Shown piece after piece: positions 39,325-48,739 of a stretch of 64,000 nucleotides of DNA (its first letter is position 1; the number at the start of each line of letters is the position of its first letter). The stretch is from Planctomycetota bacterium (GTDB lineage: Bacteria > Planctomycetota > UBA8108 > UBA1146): positions 45,592-109,591 of the forward strand of contig JAAZXB010000006.1 in the NCBI GenBank assembly GCA_014240375.1, written 5' to 3'. The notes under the pieces were generated by a model that did not search any database, was not told where the DNA came from, and saw only the letters and a list, made by a program, of their open reading frames with translations. The translations under genes were made by a program, and so were the position numbers.

Positions 39325-39555
39325 ATGTCTGGTGAGGTGAGGATGTTCGGCGAGATCGCCTTCGAGATGAGATGGATCTCCACAGCCCATCTATACGAAG
39401 CACTGGCGCTCCAGGCTCGGGATGAGGCGCGCGGCGAAAAGCATCGATTTCTCGGGCAGATTCTCATCGATCTGGGATATATGACAGACCAGCAGGTGCT
39501 CGAGGTCCTCACGGTCCTTCACGATCGCCCCCGCCATGGCCAGCGGGAGACCTGA
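39325..39555 (+). CDS. Stand-alone MshEN-like micro-protein
   Basis: RMFGEIAFEMRWIS...LYEALALQ and RFLGQILIDLGYMT..QV.EVL; AGGAG RBS. Confidence 0.72.
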   Translation: MSGEVRMFGEIAFEMRWISTAHLYEALALQARDEARGEKHRFLGQILIDLGYMTDQQVLEVLTVLHDRPRHGQRET

Positions 39556-39557
39556 TC

Positions 39558-40565
39558 CTGACCACTGAACCGCTCCTGCCCTGGCCCCGCCCCCTGCTGA
39601 GCTTGCTGGAACGATGCTGGCGAGCCGGGGTGACTCTCGATCACTGGCGCCATCGCCGTCGTGAAACTGCAGGTGAGTGGCCCCTTCGACTTCCGGTTCC
39701 TGTCATCAGCATCGGCAACATCACCGTCGGAGGCACCGGCAAGACTCCTCTCACAGAAGCGTTGGCTCGAACCTGGTTGGATCGAGGTGGCCATCCGGGC
39801 ATCGTCAGTCGTGGTTATCGTGGCGATGCCGATGGCAATGATGAACACCGGATGCTGCTACGAAGTTTGCCCGGGGTTCCCCATCAACAACATCGTTGTC
39901 GTCACACGGCAGGGCTCCAGTTGCTGGCAGCCCATCCCGAGGTGGATCTACTGCTGATCGATGATGGATTTCAACATCGACGCCTTCATCGAGATCTCGA
40001 CCTGGTACTGCTCGATGGACGCAGTCCGCTGGCGGGAGGCTACTGCTTGCCGCGGGGGCGCTTGCGAGAGCCCTGGAGTCAGTTGGCACGCGCCGATCAC
40101 CTGATCCTGACTCGTGTCGAGCGTTGTCGTGATGGGGAACTGGCGAATACCATCGGGTTTTTACGCCAGTGGTTCCCATCGATACCTCGATCGTTGGCGA
40201 CCACCGAGGTGGGAGAGGTGAGATCACTCGGCTCTGCGGAGATCCCCGCTGCCGGATCCAGGGTGTTTGGATTTTGTGGCATCGGAGACCCCGATTCCTT
40301 TCGACAGACACTCACCGCTCACGGCTGGAACCTGGTCGGGCTGGAGCCATTTCGAGATCACCACCGCTACCAGATGTCTGACTTTCGACGCATCTATCGG
40401 CAAGCCGGGGAACGGGGGGCCGCGGCCCTGGTCTGCACCGCCAAGGATGCAGTCAAGATCGAGCTCCTGCTCGCTGCTGGAATGAGTTCCCCATTGCCGA
40501 TCCTGGTCCAGGAAGTGACCACCGCAGTCGATCTGGAGCCGATCCTCGCCCAAATTGGTGGGTGA
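39558..40565 (+). CDS. lpxK: Tetraacyldisaccharide 4'-kinase
   Basis: VISIGNITVGGTGKTP, SRGY, DDGFQH, LPRGRLRE, FRDHH, TAKDAVK; start CTG 39558 or TTG 39603. Confidence 0.94.
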   Translation: MTTEPLLPWPRPLLSLLERCWRAGVTLDHWRHRRRETAGEWPLRLPVPVISIGNITVGGTGKTPLTEALARTWLDRGGHPGIVSRGYRGDADGNDEHRMLLRSLPGVPHQQHRCRHTAGLQLLAAHPEVDLLLIDDGFQHRRLHRDLDLVLLDGRSPLAGGYCLPRGRLREPWSQLARADHLILTRVERCRDGELANTIGFLRQWFPSIPRSLATTEVGEVRSLGSAEIPAAGSRVFGFCGIGDPDSFRQTLTAHGWNLVGLEPFRDHHRYQMSDFRRIYRQAGERGAAALVCTAKDAVKIELLLAAGMSSPLPILVQEVTTAVDLEPILAQIGG

Positions 40566-40641
40566 CAGGGTGTCGGGAGGCGTGAAACTGCGGCCCCTTC
40601 CTGCTAGCATCTGAAAAAGACCCCGTTGAACAGGAGATCTC

Positions 40642-41613
40642 TTGGTACCGGACTCTCGTTGGCAACCGCTCGATCTTGGAGATGTGAAACCGATCCCCAT
40701 CGGTCAGCGCAGGAATATTGTCCACAGAGATCAGTTTCGCGAACTGTGCGACCCGCAGGGAACCATCGAACAGTTGATCGATTCCTTGCCGGACATCCTG
40801 GCGGGTGGTGAACTGCGTGCTGCAGCGGCCGCGGTGGCCCGATCTGTTGCTGAAGGAGCTCCGGTGATCGCCGCCCTCGGTGGCCATGTGGTCAAGGTGG
40901 GAATGGGTCCACTGATCATCGATCTGATGGAGAAGGGTGTGATCTCGGCGATCGCGATGAACGGGGCGACCGCGATTCACGATCTGGAACTGGCTCTGAT
41001 CGGCCAGACATCTGAAGATGTCGAGTCCAATGTTGCCGATGGTACATTCGGCATGGCGAGTGAAACTGCCGAAGCATTTCGACAGGCGAGCTTGGCTGGC
41101 TCCGATGAAGTGGGGCTGGGAGCGGCTCTGGGAGATTGGATCGAATCGCAGAGCGCTCCCCATGCCGAACTCTCGATGTTGCTCAGAGCTCGGCAATTGC
41201 GGATCCCGGCAACGGTTCATGTCGCCATCGGAACCGACATCGTGCACATGCATCCGGGTGTTGCGGGAGCAGATATGGGAGCGGCGACCGCTATCGATTT
41301 TCGGTTGCTCGCAGCGGTGGTCAGTGACCTCGAGAATGGTTGCTGGCTCAACATCGGCTCTGCGGTGGTGATGCCTGAGGTCTTTCTCAAGGTGGTCAAC
41401 ATCGCTCGTAACCTCGGGAAACCGCTGAATGGAGTGACCGCCATCAACTTTGACATGATCCCGCACTATCGCACCAGTCGAAATGTTTTGCAGCGTCCGG
41501 TGGAGAGAGGGATCTCATTGACCGGCCATCACGAGATCAACTTGCCGTTATTCCGAGTTGCTGTGCTGCAACGGATGTCAGCGGAAGATCGAGGAGCCAG
41601 TGATGATTCCTGA
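40642..41613 (+). CDS. Deoxyhypusine-synthase-like conserved protein of unknown function
   Basis: LGGHVVKVG, MNGATAIHD.E, TSEDV, HVAIGTDIVHMHP, GSAVVMPEVFLK, GHHEI. Confidence 0.75.
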   Translation: MVPDSRWQPLDLGDVKPIPIGQRRNIVHRDQFRELCDPQGTIEQLIDSLPDILAGGELRAAAAAVARSVAEGAPVIAALGGHVVKVGMGPLIIDLMEKGVISAIAMNGATAIHDLELALIGQTSEDVESNVADGTFGMASETAEAFRQASLAGSDEVGLGAALGDWIESQSAPHAELSMLLRARQLRIPATVHVAIGTDIVHMHPGVAGADMGAATAIDFRLLAAVVSDLENGCWLNIGSAVVMPEVFLKVVNIARNLGKPLNGVTAINFDMIPHYRTSRNVLQRPVERGISLTGHHEINLPLFRVAVLQRMSAEDRGASDDS

Positions 41614-43108
41614 ACTGAATACCCTGGAGGAGGCGCGCATCCTGGTGGTGGGTGACCTGATGCTCGACGAGTACTTCTACGGTGATATCGAGCGCATCTC
41701 GCCGGAGGCTCCGGTTCCGGTGGTACGAGGCCGTCACCATGAGATGCGAGTCGGAGGGGCTGGGAGCGTGGTGACCAATCTGGCCGCCCTCGGATTCGAG
41801 CCGATCGTCGTGGGGCTGGTCGGAGATGACGATGGCGGGCGGTTCATCCGCGAGGCACTCGAGGAGACCGGAGCCCGCACCGAGGGAGTGGTCGTCTGCA
41901 AGAGCCGACCGACGATTCGCAAGACTCGGATCCTGGCCGGAGTCCAGCACGCTGGCAGAGCCCAGCAGCAGGTACTGCGCCTCGACCAGGAGGAGAAGAG
42001 TCCGATCGACATTGGCGAGCAGACGCTCTTGATCGAGGCCGTCAATAACGCTCTTGAGCAAGATCCTGCAGCGGTGCTGATCTCTGATTACGAGAAGGGA
42101 CTGCTCGAGAAATCACTCCTCGAGTCGCTGGTCGCAGGGGCTCAGCGACGATCAATTCCGGTGCTGGTCGACCCCGGCCGATCGGGACGCTGGAGTGGTT
42201 ATCGTGGGGCGACGCTGATCTGTCCCAATCGATACGAGGCCAGTAGCGCGACCGGAATCGATCTCGACGCTGAAGTAAAGGAGCAATTGAAGGCGGGACA
42301 GGCGCTGGTCGAGGATCTCGAACTGGAGCACTGCATCCTGACCCTCGATCGAGACGGAATCACCCGAGTCTCCGCCAGTGGAGACTCTCGGCGCCATCCG
42401 ACCCGGGTTCAGGCGGTCACCGATGTGGCGGGTGCCGGAGACATGGTCCTGAGTCTGCTGGGAGCGGCACTGGGCTCCGGCTGGAACATCGATGATGCCT
42501 GTCAACTGGCCAATCTCGGGGCCGGGATCGAGGTCCAGAAGGTCGGGGTGCAGCCGGTTGAACGGTGGGAACTGGAGGCAGCCAGGAGTGCCTGGATGGG
42601 GATCGTCCCCATCGCACTGCGCTCGTCGAAACAGATGCAGGAACTGGTCCAGCAGGCGAAGGCCACCGGCCAGACGGTGGTCTTCACCAATGGCTGCTTC
42701 GATCTACTCCATGCCGGTCATCTCCAGCTGCTCGAAGCGGCCCGGGCCTTTGGCGATCTGCTGGTGGTTGGAATCAATTCAGATGCGTCGGTGGCTCGCC
42801 TCAAGGGCCCCGATCGACCGATTCTGCCCGCCACCGAGCGCGCTCGATTGCTCGGGGCACTCTCCTGTGTCGATCATGTGGTGGTGTTTGATGAGGACAC
42901 CCCGAAAGCACTGATCGGTGCTCTGATCCCCGATGTGCTGGTCAAGGGTGCCGATTACAGCGTCGAGGAGGTGGTCGGTAAGGACGAGGTGGAGGCGGCG
43001 GGAGGCCGGGTCGAGCGAATCACCTTGGTCCAGGGGGCTTCGACCACCGGGCTCATCGAACGAATTCGAAGTGGTACTCGAACTTGCCCCCCGACGCCGG
43101 AAGGCTAG
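41603..43108 (+). CDS. hldE: Bifunctional ADP-heptose synthase
   Basis: VGDLMLD, RISPEAPVPV, DVAGAGD; TNGCFDLLHAGH, LKGPDRP, VKGADY. Confidence 0.95.
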   Translation: MIPELNTLEEARILVVGDLMLDEYFYGDIERISPEAPVPVVRGRHHEMRVGGAGSVVTNLAALGFEPIVVGLVGDDDGGRFIREALEETGARTEGVVVCKSRPTIRKTRILAGVQHAGRAQQQVLRLDQEEKSPIDIGEQTLLIEAVNNALEQDPAAVLISDYEKGLLEKSLLESLVAGAQRRSIPVLVDPGRSGRWSGYRGATLICPNRYEASSATGIDLDAEVKEQLKAGQALVEDLELEHCILTLDRDGITRVSASGDSRRHPTRVQAVTDVAGAGDMVLSLLGAALGSGWNIDDACQLANLGAGIEVQKVGVQPVERWELEAARSAWMGIVPIALRSSKQMQELVQQAKATGQTVVFTNGCFDLLHAGHLQLLEAARAFGDLLVVGINSDASVARLKGPDRPILPATERARLLGALSCVDHVVVFDEDTPKALIGALIPDVLVKGADYSVEEVVGKDEVEAAGGRVERITLVQGASTTGLIERIRSGTRTCPPTPEG

Positions 43109-43252
43109 GATGCACCTTCCATGCCGTGGGCATGGGCCCGTCTGAGCCGGAGAGCCCATTCCGGACCTCACATCGTGAGGTGAATCCATCGGACGATTTC
43201 AATATCCGGAGTCCGGTTCCGCGGGCTCACACGATCAGGCCTGGAGCAATGC

Positions 43253-44638
43253 ATGACCGATGATACGAAGGAGGGCACCGCCGACAGGCCCTCCAGCGAA
43301 GCAGCCATGTTTGGCCGCATCGCTCTCAAGAATCAACTGGTGGGGGAAGCCGATCTGCGACGGGTGATGTCGAGCCTCACCGGGGGATCGGATCTGGGAA
43401 AGGCACTGGTGGCAGAGGGTTTGATCTCTGCCAAGCATGCCGAGGCGATCTCACAAAAAGTTTCTCAGCGACTCGAGGGCCAGTCGACAGCGGCTAGCGC
43501 GGGTGACGCCGGGAGTCCGGCGCAGGCCACTGCTCGAGGCGGAGTGGTCTCGATCGACGATGTGAAGCGGATGGACTTCACCTCGATGGTCGGCAAGCCG
43601 TTGATTGAATATCTGCGCAAGGCGCGAGAGTTGGGTTGTTCCGACTTTCACTTCCAGGTCGATTCGGCACCTCTGGTTCGTCTCCACGGACATCTCATCC
43701 GCTGGAAGCATCCAGTACTGACCGTCAAGGACACTGCCAGGACCATCGAGGAATTGCTCGATGAGAAGCAGTGGAAAGATCTGCAACAAGAACAGGATCT
43801 GGACTACTGCCTCGACGATGGGGACAGGGGTCGCTACCGCACCAACTGCTTCAAGCAGCGCAAGGGTTTCGAGGCGGTGTTTCGGATCATCCCGACCAAG
43901 GTGCCCTCTTTTGAGGATCTACACCTGCCGGAGGTGCTTTCCCAGTTCACCCAGTACAACCAGGGCATCGTTCTGGTCACGGGGCCAGCCGGTTGCGGGA
44001 AGTCTGCAACACTGGCGGCGATCGTCGAGCGAATCAACCAGCAGCGCCATGACCACATCGTGACGGTTGAGGATCCCATCGAATACATCTTCACCCCCGC
44101 AGGATGCAACATCAATCAGCGTCATGTGCACCATCACACGGAGACCAACTACAGCGCCTTGCGATCGGCGATGAGGGCCGATCCGGATGTCATCATGGTG
44201 GGCGAGATGCGTGACGTGGAGACGATCTCGATGGCCATCACCGCCGCAGAAACGGGGCACCTGGTTCTGGCGACGCTTCATACGACCAATGCCATCCGCT
44301 CGATCGATCGCCTGATCGATGTGTTTCCTCCTCGAGAGCAGGAGCAGGTCCGAGCGATGGTTTCCGAGTCGATGCGAGGGGTCATCTCACAGCAGTTGTT
44401 GCCGCGAAAGGATGGTACCGGCGTTGAGCCGGCACTCGAGATCATGTTCACCACTCCGGCGGTAGGAAATCTGATTCGGGAGGGCAAGACATACCAGCTG
44501 GCGTCGGTGCTCCAGACCGGTCGTAAGCAGGGAATGATCACCATGGATGACTCGATTCGAATCTTGCTCCGTAAGGGAATAGTGACCCCGGAGACTGCTC
44601 GATTCCACGCGGAGGACCCCTCCGCCATGCAGGGTTAG
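43253..44638 (+). CDS. PilT/PilU-family retraction ATPase with N-terminal MshEN-like domain
   Basis: GPAGCGKS, EDPIE, DPDVIMVGEMRD, AAETGHLVLATLHT; N-terminal FGRIALKNQLV...LGKALVAEGLIS. Confidence 0.92.
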   Translation: MTDDTKEGTADRPSSEAAMFGRIALKNQLVGEADLRRVMSSLTGGSDLGKALVAEGLISAKHAEAISQKVSQRLEGQSTAASAGDAGSPAQATARGGVVSIDDVKRMDFTSMVGKPLIEYLRKARELGCSDFHFQVDSAPLVRLHGHLIRWKHPVLTVKDTARTIEELLDEKQWKDLQQEQDLDYCLDDGDRGRYRTNCFKQRKGFEAVFRIIPTKVPSFEDLHLPEVLSQFTQYNQGIVLVTGPAGCGKSATLAAIVERINQQRHDHIVTVEDPIEYIFTPAGCNINQRHVHHHTETNYSALRSAMRADPDVIMVGEMRDVETISMAITAAETGHLVLATLHTTNAIRSIDRLIDVFPPREQEQVRAMVSESMRGVISQQLLPRKDGTGVEPALEIMFTTPAVGNLIREGKTYQLASVLQTGRKQGMITMDDSIRILLRKGIVTPETARFHAEDPSAMQG

Positions 44639-44648
44639 GAAAATATCG

Positions 44649-45713
44649 ATGTCCGTTAAAGCACTCGAAAAACTACTCTGCAAGATTCGTGAAGTCGAGG
44701 GGTCTGACCTTCATATCAGTGCAGGAATGCCTCCCAAGATCCGCATTCACGGACACCTGAGGCCCATCAACAAGGAACCTCTCACCAATCAACAGGTCGA
44801 GGAGCTGCTGCTCCCCTCCCTCGATGAGAAGCGCAGCGCGATCTTCGCCGAGAAGAATGATCTCGATTGGGCCTACGCCATTCCTGGAGTGGCACGCTTC
44901 CGTTGTAGCTTCTTCAGGCAGCAACACGGGATGTCCGGGGTATTCCGGATCATTCCCGAGGAGATCAAGACGGTGCAGGAACTGGGAGTGCCCTCTCACA
45001 TCGAAGATTTCTGTAAACTTCGTAATGGTTTGATCCTCTGCACGGGTCCGACAGGAAGTGGAAAATCGACGACCCTTGCGGCGTTGATCGACTTCATCAA
45101 CAGGAATCAGTCGAGGCACATCGTGACCATCGAGGAACCGATCGAGTTCGTGCATCAGAACAAGAACAGTCAGATCACCCAGCGCGAGGTGGGAATCGAT
45201 ACGGATTCCTTCGCCCGGGCGTTGCGGTCGGTCAGCCGCCAGGATCCGGACGTGATACTGGTGGGTGAACTTCGAGATCTGGAGACGATCAGTCTTGCCA
45301 TCACCGCCGCAGAGATGGGGTACCTGGTATTTGCTACCCTCCATACCAATAGTGCGGCCAAGACTGTCGACCGGATCATCGATGTGTTTCCTGAAGATCA
45401 GCAAAACCAGGTGCGCACGATGCTCTCTTCATCGCTCAAGGGAATCATCGCCCAGCTACTGATCCCGAGGCAGGATGGCAAGGGTCGTGTGGCGGTCAAT
45501 GAGTTGCTCTTCCATGATGGATCCTTGCCCAACATCATCCGTGAGGGTGCGGTGCACAAGATCGTCTCGCTCATCGAGGGTGGACGAGGTAAGGGGATGC
45601 AATTGATGGATGATTCCATCATGGTCGCATTGAAGAAGGGTGATATCAGTGCTGAACATGCGCACCGGTGGGCCAGCGAGAAGAAGAAATTTCAGCACTT
45701 CCTGAAGGGTTGA
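44649..45713 (+). CDS. pilT: Type IV pilus retraction ATPase
   Basis: SDLHISAG, GPTGSGKSTT, QREVG.DT, QDPDVILVGELRD, ATLHT. Confidence 0.92.
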   Translation: MSVKALEKLLCKIREVEGSDLHISAGMPPKIRIHGHLRPINKEPLTNQQVEELLLPSLDEKRSAIFAEKNDLDWAYAIPGVARFRCSFFRQQHGMSGVFRIIPEEIKTVQELGVPSHIEDFCKLRNGLILCTGPTGSGKSTTLAALIDFINRNQSRHIVTIEEPIEFVHQNKNSQITQREVGIDTDSFARALRSVSRQDPDVILVGELRDLETISLAITAAEMGYLVFATLHTNSAAKTVDRIIDVFPEDQQNQVRTMLSSSLKGIIAQLLIPRQDGKGRVAVNELLFHDGSLPNIIREGAVHKIVSLIEGGRGKGMQLMDDSIMVALKKGDISAEHAHRWASEKKKFQHFLKG

Positions 45714-45717
45714 TCGG

Positions 45718-46782
45718 TTGTCTGACCCCGAACGGCTGCTGATCCGGTTGCCGACCTGGGTCGGAGATGCGGTGATGGCTACCCCTGCCCTTCGGGCGGT
45801 GAGAAGAGACCTTCCCCACACCCGCATCGCGCTGATGGGAGGGGCGCATCTCGAACCCTTGCTCGCGGATGCAGACCTGTTCGATGACTGGATCGCGACC
45901 GCTTCTGGTTCGGGCAAGGTCGCTGCCAACATCGCTGCGATCCACAACTTTGCTGCCGATGTGGCACTGCTTCTTCCACATTCCTTTCGAACTGCCTGGG
46001 AAATCTGGCGTGCATCGGTTCCACGGCGCATTGGCCTGAGGGGGCAATTCCGGGGCTGCTTGCTGACGGATCCGCTTGGTCCAACGCGCCTCCCGCCGGG
46101 GCGGCGCGCCATCCCCATGCATCACGAGTATCTGGAGGTGGTGGCTTCGCTGGGAGCTTCTGGCGACGGAATCGGTTCCAGACTCGGGGTTGGCGAGGAA
46201 GTGGTTGTTTCTGCGACCCGACGCCTCGAGGCCCTCTCCATCGGTTCCGATCGGGATTGGATCGGGTTCCACCCGGGAGCGGCCTTTGGTCCCGCCAAGA
46301 TCTGGCCCATCGATCGAATGGCGCGGGTGGCTCGCACCTTGAGGGATGACGACGGCTGTGGAATCGTCATCACCTGTGGTCCGGGAGAGGAACCCTTGGC
46401 CCGGCAATTGAGAGACTTGGTGGGGGGGGAGGTGGTCGATCTTTCCGAAGATCTGTGGCCCCTCGACCAGCTCAAGGTTTTGATGGGGAGATTGGCACTG
46501 CTGGTGACTGGCGATACCGGTCCTCGGCACATCGCTGCGGGGATGGGTACCCCTCAAGTGGTCCTGATGGGTCCCACCAGTCCCGATTACACCGACGCTT
46601 ACCTCGAAACGACCCGCGTGATCCGGCGCGAAGATGTCGAATGCAGCCCCTGTCAACAAAAGGTCTGCCCACTGGGACATCACCAGTGCATGACCTTTAT
46701 CGAACCGGAGACGGTGATCGAAGAGGCGCGTCGCTGGCTGGCACGATCCTCCGATTCTGCAGAGGGAGCGGAGCAAGCGTGA
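45718..46782 (+). CDS. waaF: LPS heptosyltransferase II
   Basis: RLPTWVGDAVMATP, PGAAFGPAKIWP, DTGPRHIA, CSPC...CP..HH.CM. Confidence 0.88.
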   Translation: MSDPERLLIRLPTWVGDAVMATPALRAVRRDLPHTRIALMGGAHLEPLLADADLFDDWIATASGSGKVAANIAAIHNFAADVALLLPHSFRTAWEIWRASVPRRIGLRGQFRGCLLTDPLGPTRLPPGRRAIPMHHEYLEVVASLGASGDGIGSRLGVGEEVVVSATRRLEALSIGSDRDWIGFHPGAAFGPAKIWPIDRMARVARTLRDDDGCGIVITCGPGEEPLARQLRDLVGGEVVDLSEDLWPLDQLKVLMGRLALLVTGDTGPRHIAAGMGTPQVVLMGPTSPDYTDAYLETTRVIRREDVECSPCQQKVCPLGHHQCMTFIEPETVIEEARRWLARSSDSAEGAEQA

Positions 46783-46794
46783 TCGACCACGCTC

Positions 46795-46821
46795 GCGAAT
46801 CGCAGTCTTGCGAATCGCAGT
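46795..46821. repeat. 15-bp direct duplication (GCGAATCGCAGTCTT)
   Basis: Read directly between convergent stop codons. Confidence 0.75.
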
Positions 46822-46844
46822 GGTGAGAGGCTCGGACTGCTCGC

Positions 46845-47936
46845 TTATTGAGCCGAGACCAGTTCCACGATCTGATCGCAGGCTGAGATCATCACTTTTC
46901 CCAGCGATCCATCTGGATGAGTTTTCATCATCGGAGTGCCGCCGTCTCCGCTGAGAGCGATGCTCGGTTCGAGGGGGATCTTGCCGAGGAACGGGACCTG
47001 GTAGCGCCGTGCGGCATCTCGACCGCCGCCGCCACGAAAGATCTCGGTGATCTGGCCGCAGGAGGAGCACTCGAAGCCACTCATGTTTTCGATCACACCG
47101 AGGATTGGAACGCTGGTCCTCTGGAACATCTGGATGCCGCGCTGAACATCGAGGAGTGCGACATCCTGGGGAGTGGTGACGATCACTCCGCCGGTCAGGG
47201 CGATCGACTGCACCAGGGTCAACTGCGCATCCCCGGTTCCGGGAGGCAAGTCCAGCACCAGATAATCGAGTTGACCCCATTCGACCTGGAACAGGAACTG
47301 ACGCAGCAGTCCAGTGACCATCGGGCCACGCCAGATCACTGGAGAGTCATCTTCGAGCAGGTACCCGATCGACATCGTCTTCAGACCATGTACCTCGATG
47401 GGAAGGATGGTGTCTTTTTCGGTCGCTCTGGGTTTCAGATCTTCGGTGCCGAGCATCTTGGGGGTCGAGGGACCGTAGACATCGGCGTCGAGCAAGCCGG
47501 TTTTCAGTCCGCGTGCCGCCAGGGCGAGCGCCAGATTGACCGCTACCGTCGACTTGCCGACCCCGCCCTTGCCGCTGGCCACGGCGATCACATTTTTCAC
47601 TCCTGGGATGTCCTGGGCACCGACAGCGGAGCCTCCCACTCCTGGAGCTCCCGCTGCGGGATCCACAGTCGGGGCGGGAGTCTCGGATCGGTGGAGCAGC
47701 GTCACCTTTTCTACTCCATCGATGGAGCGTACGCGGTCCTCGATCTGTTCCGAGATCGATCCCTGCTGGGTCGTAAGACCGGCGGGAAATTGCACCACGA
47801 CCGTGACTTCTCCCTCGTGAACGATGACTCGCTGGATCACGCCGGACTTGACGATGCTGCTCGGAGTTCCTGGCAGGGGAATCTCAGAGAGGACCTGATT
47901 GACGGCTGCTACTATCACGCTCTTGTCAGATGGCAT
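46845..47936 (-). CDS. mrp: Mrp/ApbC Fe-S cluster carrier ATPase
   Basis: SGKGGVGKST, DADVYGPS, WRGPM, DLPPGTGD, ENMS.F.CSSC. Confidence 0.95.
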   Translation of the reverse strand: MPSDKSVIVAAVNQVLSEIPLPGTPSSIVKSGVIQRVIVHEGEVTVVVQFPAGLTTQQGSISEQIEDRVRSIDGVEKVTLLHRSETPAPTVDPAAGAPGVGGSAVGAQDIPGVKNVIAVASGKGGVGKSTVAVNLALALAARGLKTGLLDADVYGPSTPKMLGTEDLKPRATEKDTILPIEVHGLKTMSIGYLLEDDSPVIWRGPMVTGLLRQFLFQVEWGQLDYLVLDLPPGTGDAQLTLVQSIALTGGVIVTTPQDVALLDVQRGIQMFQRTSVPILGVIENMSGFECSSCGQITEIFRGGGGRDAARRYQVPFLGKIPLEPSIALSGDGGTPMMKTHPDGSLGKVMISACDQIVELVSAQ

Positions 47937-48202
47937 CTGGAATCTCTCTCAAGTGAAGAAGGACTAGAAATGATTGGGTTCCTCAACTGACATGGAACTC
48001 TATTCCGGTAAATCGTATCCAGTGAGTCGTTGTTCGGCAATCAACACCGTGTCCCATTCCTGTCGCAACCCTCTTTTCGTGCCACAGTGGTCGCCGGATG
48101 AGAGTGCTCAAGGATCCACAGTTCTGCCCGTGCTATGATGTGTTTTAGAGGGGGATTTGACCGAATTCAGGTGGATTCGGCTCCCGTCTGGGAAGGTCAG
48201 CC

Positions 48203-48586
48203 ATGAGTCAGTTCCTGTTCCTCGATATCGGGCAACTCGAGAGTCGACTGCACCATGATGGTGGTCTGATGCTGGTCCATTTCGGCTCACCGCTCGTCTC
48301 TTCCTGTGGATTCACCCAGAGAAGTCTGGCACTGATCGCACCGGAGTTCTCGGGCCAGATGCAGTTCTGCACCATCGATGTACCCTTGCAGGAGGTTCAG
48401 AATCTTCGCCAGTATTCGATCCGAGTCGTTCCCACCCTGGTGCTCTTCGACTGCGCCCGAGAAGTGGAGCGCCTCGACCGGATCTTGCTTCCGGCGGAAC
48501 TGAGGCTCTTCCTCCGCGATGTCGTGGGGTATTACGGAGTTCCTCAACCGGCTCCGCGAAATGAAGATCCGGGCCTCTCTTCCTGA
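48203..48586 (+). CDS. Thioredoxin-fold protein lacking CxxC
   Basis: LVHFGSPLVSSC, YSIRVVPTLVLF cis-Pro loop. Confidence 0.7.
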   Translation: MSQFLFLDIGQLESRLHHDGGLMLVHFGSPLVSSCGFTQRSLALIAPEFSGQMQFCTIDVPLQEVQNLRQYSIRVVPTLVLFDCAREVERLDRILLPAELRLFLRDVVGYYGVPQPAPRNEDPGLSS

Positions 48587-48624
48587 GTCCGCCGCCGATC
48601 TTCGAGCGCCCAGAACCTCATATT

Positions 48625-48739
48625 CCTCAGCGTCATGCCCCTCAGCGTCATGTCTGACAACCTGACCCCGCTCTTTTTTCTTCGTGTCCTCAATAATGAG
48701 GTCGAGAATGAGGTCGAGAATGAGGTCGAGAATGAGGTC
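48625..48739. repeat. 15-bp duplication (48625-48652) and 12-bp tandem repeat x3.7 (AATGAGGTCGAG, 48695-48739)
   Basis: Read directly. Confidence 0.9.

Noticed and set aside
45646-47990. Long alternative ORFs (544 aa minus, 357 aa plus)
   Set aside because: Antisense shadows of waaF and mrp, expected in GC-rich DNA
48060-48090. Sigma54 promoter for mrp (TGGCAC...TTGC)
   Set aside because: Spacing is 10 nt rather than the required 5
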